A DNA stretch of 64,000 nt from Basidiobolus meristosporus CBS 931.73. Lineage: Eukaryota; Fungi; Basidiobolomycota. Position numbers and translations under genes: made by a program. Under the pieces are notes generated by a model. That model was given only the letters and a program-made list of their open reading frames with translations. It was not told the DNA's origin and made no database searches. Location of the stretch: the NCBI GenBank assembly GCA_002104905.1, contig MCFE01000038.1, forward strand, positions 62,001-126,000. Reading direction: 5' to 3'. Shown one piece after another: positions 46,631-61,400 of the stretch. Position 1 is the stretch's first letter; every line of letters starts with the position of its first letter.

Positions 46631-48483
46631 AAGATGGAAGCCAGTCTCCCATTTTATACTCGAGATAGTCACTGACCACTTTTCCCGAGAGACCCTGTTC
46701 TAAGACATCCTTGTTGTCAGGGGTCCAAGGATGACGACATAGATGAAAAGAACGATCGGCAATTGAATGGATGTCTATTAACATATCTTTGGAAGCTAAA
46801 TTAGTATCATTAGGTAATGGTGAAAAACGTTCCTAGGCTCTATTGACCTCATGTCGGTTATTTATGGTCTGTGTATTAGGATTACCCATGATATTATAGC
46901 ACTCGAATTGGGATGTGAAGACTGCTTCGCTTTAGCAGATTCGTCCAAGAGGCTTCCGCATATTGTGGAAAATCTTCCATGTTGGTCGAGAGGGCTGCAT
47001 GTAGCTCGACTGTCCTACACTCAGGCAAGCCGCCCTGAGGGAACTCTGCCCAGAGAACTAGGCTACCCATCATGATTCTCGTATTTGTCACGTCGGAAAC
47101 CCGAGGATACCATCTCCGATGAACAAAAATATCGAGCATTCAGCTTGGTCTCAGCTTTATCTGAAATGGTTCAATGTGAAAAACAGAGCAAAAGCTCGCA
47201 GCCACTCATGCATGATGGTTCGGGTGAAGCATAGCAGAGAAATAGCCCAGTTACTAGTCATGTAATACGCTGCCAATCGCCCTCGGTATCCTGCGAGACT
47301 TTTTGTCCTTCATTGGTGTATTCCAACTGTGCTAACAGACTCAAAGCGTATCAACGTTGGGTTGGAGAACGATAGATCTATTAAACTTCATATAAACGAT
47401 CAGCATTTACCAATGGACCCTGGTTTTGTCTCAGGCTATCTTCAAATCTAATTTTCCCATGCTGCCCAGAAGTTAATGCTAAAATGGTATCAACAGCTAT
47501 AGGCCACGCTCAGGAGCTAATCAGAGGAAACATCAGTCGGATGATAGTGATTCCCGGCGTAGGGTTTGCCAGATCCAAGTAGTGTATTTTTGTCACTCTT
47601 CGACATGATACAAATCCCATTTAATCATCGAGTTCATTGAGGTTTCAGTGTAGAGGGCATGGTTGATGATCGCACCTCGGGTTTCACTGTAAAAATATAG
47701 ATTTCCGTGCCAGGTGTACACAGAAGCTGGGCATGTCTAGACAAGGCAAATCAGAATTTTTACGGTGCTCTCTCACCGAATCCCAGGTTACAACACTCGA
47801 ACCGCTATGTTTTTGTGGCAGCGGAGCCAATGGACCTTGGATGATTTTACACAGCGTAGTCACCACTCATTAGCCCCCGTGTTTCTTGATTAGTATGCAT
47901 TGGTACTAACCCCGTTTCTATGATATGAAGTTACACGATATGGAACAAACACAGGAACGGGGCTGGTAACTATGGACAAAGAGCTTTTCCGCATTGATGG
48001 ATCTTGTCAGAATCCGTAACCGGGGTATATCAGAATATATCTGATCCGCATCAGTGCATTCTAGACCTAATCGACTGATCCGGAATCGAGGAGTAGAATT
48101 TTTGCCCCAAGGAGAGAGGTTTATTCCCATACACGACTTCGATATGCGTAATGAAGTGGTTGTTCGAGAGCATGATCGCTGTTGTATGGCTGTCAGCACC
48201 AAGGGCTACCTTTGAACTTGATTCTACTCGCATGTTGGCATCTAATGAGGTTGATTTGATGCGTATGACTGTAGTGGTACGCAGAAGTGCGATCGAAGGG
48301 TTAATCAATAATCCCTCATGTGACAAGTATGCACAAAGGGCAACCAAGCGCTATGGATGAAATCTCATGAAATGTTTTTGAGATGCTTTACTCTTAAATA
48401 ATCCATGGGTAGGGGAATCAATTTTAATCAGAATTGCATTTCTTTCTGGTGTTTACACGTTATTTACTCGTAACACTCTCGAT

Positions 48484-50854
48484 ATGCCACAACCGCTTAC
48501 CCTCGCTGCGTCAAATACTAGTATAGCCACTCATCCGGAGAGCGTCCACAGCATTCGGGCGCGCAACCTTGATCAGCTGAACCTCCACGCCAATATTTTG
48601 CTGAAGGTAAGAGAGTACATCATGGACTTTGGGTTGGTGTCAATGGCTGTTCAAGCATGATATTTACTATGTATATGCAGAGCATCATTTCTTCAGACAA
48701 AGCTCGTGAACGTAGAGTTCAATTCTTAAATAGGATACAGAAACTTATTAACACCCACCTCCCTGGAAAACAAATCACCGCACATTTATTTGGGTATGAC
48801 ATATATGATCCCCCCTGAGTAAGCGCTGGTCTTTGCTGACACTCACTATGCTCTAGGTCCTCCGTCACTGGATTAGACTTTGGGGGAAGTGATTGCGACG
48901 TTGCCCTTGAAACAGAGAAAAACGATGATAAAGTAAATGTCAAACTACTGGCAAAGATTCTTCGTCAAGGTTAGTGTCCTGGTTCCTGGTGACCAAGGTT
49001 CAGGGTATTAACTTTTGGTTGAAGCGGGTATGCGACATGTCGTCCCAATTTCTGGCGCACGTGTCCCTATCGTCAAGTTTTATGACCCGGTTTAGTATGG
49101 AACCTCCAACAGCGCCTCTGTATCCGTGCTGGAATTGATTTCTTTTCTTCGTGATAGCTCCATCTCATGCGACATCAATGTGAATAACACGCTGGGCGTG
49201 CACAACTCTCAAATGATCAAGGACTATCTCTCGATTGATGATAGAGTCAAGAAGCTGATCATGTTGATCAAGGTAGGCTTTCTCTTAATGCACTTGGGCT
49301 CTGCCAATACTTATGGAATGTCGCAGCACTGGGCGAAGCGTCGGGGGATTAATTCATCGAGTGGAGGTAACCCTTTGTCTGCGTATCATGTTTTTAGCGA
49401 CGTAATAACCCCTTGCCCAATGAAAAGGATCTTATAGCTCCTATTGCTATGTGCTTATGGCGATATTCTTTTTACAAAACATCGACGAGCCGATCTTACC
49501 TTCACTTCAACAGATCAGTCTGGACTTGAAAGAGGAGCAACTCCTCATCCCTACCCAATTCAAGAAACGAACCGGCAATGGCGGTAAGAAGAAGCAAGCT
49601 GAGCCTCCCATGAACTACGCAGATATCACCTATTTTAAAGAGCTCAACATTCTCACGCTTTACTTCAAGAAGCCGTCCGATTTAACTATGCCAAGTGTAG
49701 TAGAGTTGTTTGTCCAATTTTGTGTCTTCTACTTGGGTATCATCAAAACTCCAGACTCGATGGTCTCTATCCGTACCGGTAAAGTCATGCCAGTGAAGGA
49801 AATCTGGAGGAACCGCGATTATCTGCTCTATGTCGAAGACCCTTTCGACCTGGAACGCAACGTTGCCTGTACGGCAAGCAAATTTGGGGAAAAGAGCCTT
49901 GTCAGTGAGATGAAGCGCGTGGTTGGTTTGTTCCAAGCTGGCAATTGCACTGTCGAAACGCTTTTTGAAAAGAAGAGTGATTACTCCTTTGATGTAGATG
50001 CTGGTCGCATTCTACAAAGCATTGGTCTAGCCAACAACCAGCAGGCCAAGCCCAAAAAACCACGCAACCAGCGTGGCAAAACCAATCAACTGACTGAGGC
50101 ATCTTCTCTGCCCGTAGCAGATACCGTTGTCACGCATGCTCTGGACATCAAGGAGAAGATCGCGGTTGAGCATCAAGGACCCGACATAATAGTTCAAAAA
50201 GATACCATTGGACGATCAGTACAAGTTCTGGAGGACTCCAGCCAAGTGGACATTCAGATATCCCATACCAAAACGAAAACCAAGCGTAAACAGAAGGAAT
50301 CACTCCACCCGGACAACGAGCCCATTCAACACACTATTGGTATAATAGAACTCGTGGAGACTGATAAGCAGAAACTTCCTCTGAAAAGCAAACGCGCCCA
50401 GAAATCCGCCAGTAATGGGGATTTGAAGGATACCACCAAGAAGGATTCCAGCTCTGCGAGAACATCGTACCGAGGTAAAACCAAGAGCCAGCCTTCCAAA
50501 GCTACAATAAAGGAATTATCGAGCGGGCTAGGCGCACTGCAGATCAAGCAAAATCCCACCCGGACTCAGAAGCCCCCCAAAACTAGCAGGGAACCACGCT
50601 CTAATGGCATGGTCAAGAATCGCACAGCTCACGTCTCGAACCAAACATCCGAGGCTAAGAAACGCCCCACAAACAACGATCGCAGCTCAGGCCCTATTAC
50701 CCCACCCACCAGTGATGACGATCGCAACAGTATTCGGCGAAGCAAAGCATCGCAGGGCTCGAAGCCCAGTTCGGTATCATCCAGGTCGCGCAATCAGAAG
50801 AAGGGTGTCAAGAAGAGCCCAGACGCGCAACCCATCATATCTTCTACTGAGTAG
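48484..50854 (+). CDS. Cid1/TUT-family non-canonical terminal nucleotidyltransferase, multi-exon
   Basis: Exons 48484-48606, 48681-48793 and 48857-48969, then three short exons and a long last exon from ~49438. Motifs HLFGSSVTGLDFGGSDCD (GS-x10-DxD), ARVPIVKF, CDINVNN, HWAKRRGIN, YVLMAIFFLQ and VEDPFDLERNVA. Long basic, disordered C-terminal tail. Confidence 0.92.
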
Positions 50855-51135
50855 AGGATTTTGGAGGATTACATAGTTTTGTTCCTACTGTTGTATTCTA
50901 TATATGTATCATTACAATAGTCATCTCGGTTTGCTCAACCCCAATCACAACGACAACACAAATACTTCAATTAATAAATGTATATTGGAGCGGCTTCGAA
51001 TCGAGTAGTTGGCCTGAAACGTCACAAGAAACACAACTGTAGTAACCCAGGTGGTATTTATTAAGGCTTCATCTATTCATAAAAATGAATACTTGACCAG
51101 ATATCTTCTCAAAGGAGATCTGCAACCACATCGAC

Positions 51136-51782
51136 TTATTCAAGTTGTTGGGTAGGGAACTCGAACACGACATCCTTTCCGGTCAACTTTCTGTAAACGG
51201 AGGAGAAAGTGTCCAATTTGTATTCAAGGGAGCCAGAGTCCTTGTTGTCGAGGAAGACCTTGGTGACCTTGCTACCATCAACCTTGACGCGGGTACGCTT
51301 ACCAATGATCTCGGTAGGGAAGACGATATCGTCGAGAATCTTTTCGTGAACAGCAGTCAAAGTACGAGATCTGGGACGAGCTTGCTTAGCACGGGAGCGA
51401 CGAGTAGGTTTGCGCATGATACGACGTTGAGCAATGAACAAAACATGACGGTCGGAGAACTTCTTTTCCAATTCACGGGTAAGTCTTTGTTGAACCTTGG
51501 TGAAGGCCTTGTACAAAGGAACGGGGATGAAAACAACAATGGCCTTCTTGCCGGCTCCGATTTCAATCTACAGTGAGAATTGGTTGAGTACCTGAGTGGT
51601 GGATGGGAGGTTGTTGCGCTGAACCCTACCTCCTTGGCAGCGGAGATTTGGATAGGACGAAGTTCCTTCTTCAACTCAGGAACGCTGTTTTCCAGGTCGA
51701 AAAGAGCCTGAGCGACCAAAAGCTCGGTCTCATCAGCGGGAGCAGCGCCAGTGGGCTTGACAATCTTATTAGCAGCAGACAT
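51136..51782 (-). CDS. RPS7: 40S ribosomal protein S7 (eS7), 194 aa, two coding exons
   Basis: Exons 51782-51630 and 51567-51136 (585 nt total) with a 62-nt GT-AG intron. [20 protein letters not shown] and [11 protein letters not shown] are eS7 signatures. Confidence 0.98.
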
Positions 51783-51784
51783 GG

Positions 51785-51906
51785 CTATATGACTTCATTT
51801 CCAAAGTAATGAATAAGAATCTTCCTCGATGACAAACGGGCTACGGTGGATGGGATGCTGTTCATCCATCCACCCTGAATAACTTTTATTGAATTCGTGA
51901 ACTTAC
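51785..51906 (-). other. Probable 5'-UTR intron of RPS7 containing a strong hairpin
   Basis: GTAAGT donor at 51906 and TAG acceptor ending 2 nt before the ATG. Hairpin at 51845-51874. Confidence 0.7.
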
Positions 51907-52047
51907 GCTTATCTTGCACAGTGCAAAAAATCTACTCTCGGAAAAGGGGGAAACCCACCCTGACGGCAATCTTAGTTTTATGAGATGCCCCCGAGTCCCA
52001 TTTGCTCAATTCTCCAGTGCCTATGAAAGTGCTTTTTTTCCTGATTA

Positions 52048-52057
52048 GTCACGTGAC
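52048..52057. promoter_or_regulatory. Palindromic E-box GTCACGTGAC upstream of RPS7
   Basis: Perfect 10-bp palindrome 266 bp upstream of the ATG. It is a bHLH-type site; function is not shown. Confidence 0.35.
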
Positions 52058-52221
52058 CGTTGAGTGATGATAATGACAGCCGGCGCGTGTCAACTGATGG
52101 CATAAAGCACAAATCAAGTCTTTCTGCATTATATATCCATAATTACAAATCATTCTTGTGTAACACATATATTTCGCACATACTACCATTAACAATCATT
52201 CAATACACTTCATGAGAGTCA

Positions 52222-53819
<1,598 letters not shown>

Positions 53820-55634
53820 GTTTCGAGCGCTGAAATAGAAGGTAACACTATATAATCTGACCTAGTTATAGAATCATAGTCCAGCGGCACGATGATTGGC
53901 CAGTGAAACGAAAATTTCGGTATGGGCATTCGTATCAATCCAACCCAGCCAAGCACTGCTTTTACAGAACATGTTGTGATTGGGTAAGCCGCCTTGGGAT
54001 ACAGCTTGCCAAAGGAAACATAAAATATCAAGTCTTATGCACTCTTTTGCGCGCAGAGGCGAGTTGTTTGTATAAAATAGAGTTTTGAATCATCCATATT
54101 TAGAAGGTGACGCTGAATTATTCGATTTGCCTTGGGGAACATGTGCAACACGAATTATAGAGGCACCACGCCTGGGAATTGCTCACGGAGAACCAAATAG
54201 CGCCAAAACAAAACAATACACACTTCCTGGTCCAAATTAAATGACCTCTTCCGGTGTTTCAAGGATGGTTCGGTGCTGAAATGACTCTAGAGCTCAGCTG
54301 CCATTGTCAAGAATGCATCAGCTGTGGAGCTCAAGTAAAGCTGATCAGATCTTCGGGGTAACCAGCTTGTTTCTGGAGAAAGCGTAATCAGGTCACAGGC
54401 TCGGAATACCAGAAGGCTCCCTTTTGATTCAAGATTGTCAATTAAAAAACCAACAGCGGACATGGGTTGGTTGGTGCCAAGCCCCTTTGATCACACGCAC
54501 TCTCCCTACTTAATTTACAAAAGCCCCAAGCTATGCTCAATATGGCTCAGTGGGGGTCGGCCAAAATCAGATGAGGCGGGTGCAGGGATGTGGAGAAGAA
54601 TTCATAGTGCGGCTTGGGCCTGGCCTTCGACGCGAATCAAACCGTGGATAATCTGAGATACGCTGGCAATAGAGCAGGAATCAACAATGTGTGCTGAGTG
54701 CCTGGTGCGCATTGTCCAAATGGACCGCTTTCTATCACCCCCCTTATTGTCTACTCATGCTTATGTGTACAATGACCTCGTTCCAAAATCAAATCTGGGA
54801 GACAATGCAGAATGATCGGGTCACTTCAAGGAAGCAATCACAGCGAAAGCTTAGTTGACTGGACTCCAGATTCCCGTGCTGAGCTAATACATCATATAGC
54901 CAACGCTTACAAATGGGTTCAATGCGTCCATTTCCCTATCCCACACACTGTATGAAAGTCTGATTGTTGTTGCAAAAGGAATGAGTCATGACTAGCTTTA
55001 GGAACCGGCCTAGTATGGATAATCAGTGATTTGATAACATTTGAAACTACAGTTGCAGCTATTTCCAAGTTCCCCATAATTCCAGCATCATACATAGCCA
55101 ATCCCGGCTGGCCAGGACTCCAGATCTATTGTTCTTACGAGCCCAAAAACGATCGGGATGGCGTATGTGCAAAGGGTAGGCTAAAACGGAGCGCTTTGTG
55201 TCCAGTAAGATGGCACACTGACGCGAGCAGCAGCGATCCAAAACCTTTCAGAATATCATTGAGTGAATCAGGAACGATTGAATCGTGTTATATTCTGTGC
55301 TTATATTACAGATGATTTGTTTCCCATTCACCCATATTACTGGAGCTCAACTACTCCCAAATATACAATGAAAACTGTGAGCTAATTAATTCAATGATTG
55401 CGTAAACGAGAGCCAAACGGCTGACAAGAATAAGAAAGAGGCAGCTCCACATCTGAGGGTTGCTCCGACAACATTCCTCTATTGCATCTACTAGATTACT
55501 GAGCTTCATTCCAAGATACTTCTCTTTGACCGTCTTTTTGATATTACAGTTGGGAGTCCATACTGACGTACGGTTGATTTTTCGTCACCTCTTATAATTG
55601 AGCCTACACAGTGGTCCTTATCGTCTAACTTATT

Positions 55635-56905
55635 ATGACCAACTTTTTAAATAAGCTTTTAGATAAGTCTTCCTTCAAACCTCAACAACATACATTACCC
55701 AACTCAGCCGAATCCGATATATCCCTTTCAGGCAACCAACAAATGCTTATCAATTCAGGTGTTCACCCTTACGCGCCGCCATTTGCACATCAGGTTGGCG
55801 TTCATAACGCCGCTCCTTCGAACCAGCCGATTCCCAACACCACAAGTGGCCAAAGCTACCCTGCCCCCATGCCTAATGCCACCGTTGACAGGCCCGTTTT
55901 CCATCTGTCCGACTTTGTTATTTTGCGCACAATTGGGACTGGCTCATTTGGTCGTGTACACCTCGTTCAAATGAAGGCCAACGGCGGATTCTATGCGATG
56001 AAAGTACTAAAAAAGACCGAGGTGGTCCGCCTGAAGCAAGTCGAGCATGTCAACAACGAGCGCAGTGTCCTTAACACCTGCAACAACGCTTTTCTTGTCA
56101 ACATGCTTGGCACCTTCCAGGACACTGCCAATATATACATGATCATGGAATATGTACCCGGTGGAGAACTCTTCAGCTACATCCGAAAATTTCAGGTTTG
56201 TTCCATGAATCACGGCTCATCCACACTACAAACTAACTCGTAAACTGACCGCAGAGATTTCCTGCTTACGTGGCTAAATTCTACGCAGCTGAGGTGGTGT
56301 TGGCATTTGAATTCCTGCATTCGCTTGACATAATATATCGCGACCTCAAGCCGGAGAACATCCTGATCAACGCGCAAGGCCATATAAAGATCACGGATTT
56401 TGGATTTTCCAAGCTTGTCCCAGACATCACTTGGACATTGTGTGGAACGCCTGACTATCTAGCACCGGAGATAATCCAATCCAAGGGCTACGGCAAGGCC
56501 GTTGATTGGTACTCCCTTGGGATTCTCATATTCGAGCTGCTCGCTGGGTTTCCTCCATTTTATGACGACGATCATTTCAAGCTGTACGAGAAAATTCTGG
56601 CCGGGAAGATCAGATGGCCACCCCATATCGATCTAACGGCACGGGACTTGATCAAGCGATTAACCACGCCGGATCTGACCAAGCGATTCGGCAATCTGAA
56701 GAATGGTGTGTGGGACATCAAGCGGCATCCGTGGTTTGCGGAAATCGATTGGAACAAGCTGTCACGGCTTGAGGTCCAGCCACCAATAATCCCCATCGTG
56801 TCAGGGGATGGAGACACCAGCAATTTTGACATGTACCAGGAGTCGCAAGAGGTTTACGGTCTGGTGACCGAAGACAACTATCGTCACCTATTCGCCGATT
56901 TTTAG
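55635..56905 (+). CDS. PKA-C: cAMP-dependent protein kinase catalytic subunit, 403 aa
   Basis: Exons 55635-56195 and 56255-56905 with a 59-nt intron. [52 protein letters not shown] and C-terminal FADF (FxxF). Confidence 0.97.
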
Positions 56906-57325
56906 GCAGCAATCTCTACTTACGATCTGTTCCATATTCAACCCGAAGTCTTCCCAATCTTCCTCGATCTCTCTGGCTGCCCTATTCATATGATGTATGG
57001 AAATTTTCTTTAGTTATTGTCAATAGTTACTTTTTCGTCCTTGTCAAGAACCCTTCTAATGGCTGTATTACTCTATTATTCGCTATTAATCAACTGAGCG
57101 TAGTAGTTGGGCGCATTCTTGATGGTCCAAAAATATAGATGCCGATTTACTACGGAAGTCCAGTTCTATATTTCTTGTTTATTTGATCTGGCTCTAACAC
57201 ACGGTGCACCCTTAGAACCGGTGGTTGAGGGCTCGCGAGAAAGCGTTGTGAATAGAATCTGTGGGAGGGGATGGGCTTCAGCGGATATTTTCGTGGGTTC
57301 GAGTAATATTTATGCCATTGTTAAA

Positions 57326-58088
<763 letters not shown>

Positions 58089-58427
58089 AACCTGGTCGTT
58101 TATTCTCTGCTGATTCTCCAAGAAAGTTCAGCTCACTACAAGCAAGTCAAAGCTAGATATTTCGTCAATAAATTGGCTAGAGATAGTGGTTTAGTATCCA
58201 CGAATTGGAAAATCATTTTGATTGCTTAACTTCTGCGATTAGTGGATTAGTTGTATGCATAAATGCTTCCTTCTGAGAGCTGCTGTTATTCAAGGTTTCC
58301 TCGCCATGAGAAAAAGGGCATCACATAAACCAATGGTAATCAAAATGTACTCAACAAAAGAACGATCTAAATTTATTGTATTTCTGCATGATTGTTTAAG
58401 ACTTGAGATACTGGTCTCATATTCCAA

Positions 58428-61400
58428 TCAATATCCTTGACTAATTTTCTCAAATTGTTTGTTTTCGGGATACCAGAAGCCTTGACGATACTCGTAGCCA
58501 TTGTGCAGGGAGCTAGGGCTGTTGTATGCCCGGCGGTTTCCAGTCGTAGCTTTGGATACAGAATGTTTAAGGCCTGAAGAATGTCGGTACCTCGTTGCAG
58601 ATTTGCCTTTTCTAACACTCTTTGAGGAACCAGTAGCATAGCCGGCATTCCTACCACGGACCATTTTGCTCTGTCCACGACCAAGACCACGATTACGGCC
58701 AAGACCACGACCACGACCAAGACTATGACCATGACCGCGACTATTGCGGGACTTAACTCTGCGTTGCGAAACGACAGACCCTTTCACAACAATAGTATCC
58801 CCAACCTGACTCAGGCCCAGATCGTCATCTCCAAACAAGCCGTCAGAATTGATATCGAGAACATCCAAGTCATTGCTCACAAATCCATCACCGGCGTCCA
58901 TCGATGTTTCTGTCATCGATCCGCTAATTCCGACAACAGTTTTACCGTATTCGTCCAACGACTGTTCCACCTCGACCAATTCCTGAATATAGTCCGGATC
59001 CCCTATTTCCTCAATCAAGGCCAAATTTTCCACGGACTTGTTGATGTTGGGTAGGCGGTGGCTAACTCGGATCAATTCTTCAATTTGCTCTTGTGAGAGA
59101 TGAACGTTACCGCCTTTGTCCAGCTTCCCAAGTATGCGAGAAATGGCATTTTCTAGTCGGTTCAACTTGGCGCGGATTTCGGTCAGGCCTTTGTTTTCCT
59201 GAGGGGCAGGGCGTTTAGCAATTCGTTCCAACATCTTGCTGATCTGACTTAGGCGGTTGTTCAATTGGTTGGTATCTCGAGACTGTTGTTGCGACAATGC
59301 TTGGATACGACGATCCAGCACATCATTGCCACGGTTCGAGAACTTTTTGAGCTCGCTTCTCAGATCCTCCAGCTGATAATCGATCCTCTGGAAGCCTGTA
59401 ACCTGTTGCTTCGACAGCGAATCAAATCCTCGTTGGATCACAGAGGTTTGCTCCGCAAAGAGTTGCTTTGTCAGCTCATTGAGTTGGAGGATCTTCGAGC
59501 TAATTTGGCCAATGTCACGCACACTATTGGAGGAGGATTTCCTGGAGAGATGCAGGATTGTTTCTTTTTGTTGCAGTACCAATTGTTTCATCAAGTCGGT
59601 CACTTGCTCCACTCGATACTCCAACTTTGAAGAGATCGATTCCCCAGAATTATCGGACTTGTCGGAACCATTACGCTCTCGTTGGTAAATATCCCGCTCA
59701 ACTATGATTCGCTGCTGCTTGACAATGTTGAGTACGGTATCCTTGAGTTCGGCGAATTTCCTCTCCAACTCGTTGTTGGTGATATAGCCCTGCTCATATC
59801 TGGTGCGTACCAACAGGTCCTTTTGCTGATTCACTAGCTGATTAACAACGTCAGTTAAGATCGTCAATTTGTCTCTAACACCGCGAATATCCTTGGATTG
59901 TTGCACCACCAATCGGCCCAGACCAGCAAGTTTCATTATCTTTTGTTGCTGATCCACCAGCTGTCTTACTGCCTCGTTCAGCAGGTCGAACTTATTATCC
60001 AGAGTCTTGAGGCCACCAATGCTATCTTTATAGTTCCGCTCGAGGAGTCGTTGTTGCTCTCCCAGTAGACTTGTGACGGTCTGCTCGACTTTGAAGACCC
60101 TGGAGGCCAAAGCAGAAATCTCTTGGCTATGCTTCTGAGAGTTTTTGTTTTCTGCTTTCATCAGACTGTTCTGCTGAATGGTGAGCTGCTGCATTAGCTG
60201 GAACAGTTCCGACAGGCGATAGCGAAGAGCCCGGTCATAGTTGCCGGGCTGATTCGGAACGTTCACGTCCGGTTGTCTATTTCCGTCGACGGTGACTTGA
60301 TATAATTGCATCTGCTGGTTAATAAGCTTGTTGGTGAGGTTGCTCAGAGACACCAAGCGCTGCTTGACTTCCTTTAGGTCTTGTGGAAGGCCGAGAAGTT
60401 GAGTGACTTTAACGTTGACCTCGTGCTGTTCTTGCCCCAACTGTCTGAGCACATCATCAAGATTTTTGATATCCCCATCAACCTTGGTAACTCGGTTGAT
60501 GATTTCACTTGATACGGCATTGGTGTTCTGCACGATACCAATGATGCTTTGCTGTTCGGCGCGAATCTGATCAATAAACGCAGAGAGCCTACCAAGTTTA
60601 TCGCCGAGGAACTGAGTCGAGCCGTTGATTTGCCCAGTGACCTGCTTAGTATTGCTCTTCTCAATCTCTTCTAGTCTTCTGTGTCCTGCAAGGAGAAGCC
60701 CAATAGACTTCTCGAGCCCTTGCAAACGCGTCATGATGATTGAATAGCCATTTCGGCCATCCGGGCTCTGCTTGTTGTAACCCTTCCTCTCAATCAAGTC
60801 GTAGAGTTCCTTTTGCTGGTTAATGAGAACCCCGACCTTTTCATCAACAGCTTGAACGGCACGGCCCACAGTTCGAATGTCTCTAGAATGTGTCCTCAGG
60901 ATATTCAGAAGTTCTTTCCGACCCATCAATTCCCGTTGGGAGTCTGAAATGGAGGCAACAACCTGGATTAAATCATTGAATCTCTTTCTCAATTCACTCA
61001 AGTATGTGGCTATCTTGGGAGACATATCCTGGTTGAGTAGATTGCGACTGACATAAACCAGTTGTTTCTGCAAATCACTGATGGAGCCTAGACTGCCATT
61101 AATGGAGTTGAATCTTTGGTTCAGGCTGCCGATTCTCTGTAGAATTTCCTTAGAGGCAGCGCTGATAACCTCTCCATTCAATAAAGTCGATTGCTTATCT
61201 ACCAACGTATCAACAGTTCGACTCAACACAGCCAGTCTTCCTAACAACTCACGATCCAAGTTGCTATCTTTTTTCTGATTAAGGTTCCAAATATTGGCCA
61301 GAATCATCTTCTGCTGTTCGACCAGATTACGGATTTGGTTACCAAAGCTTTTTACAGAGGATTTGACCTCTTTGAGATCTCCGAGCTCACTTGCAATCAC

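Noticed and set aside
51145-51576. 143-aa plus-strand ORF
   Set aside because: Antisense shadow of RPS7 exon 2. The many short plus-strand ORFs within 58725-62778 are likewise shadows of the coiled-coil gene.
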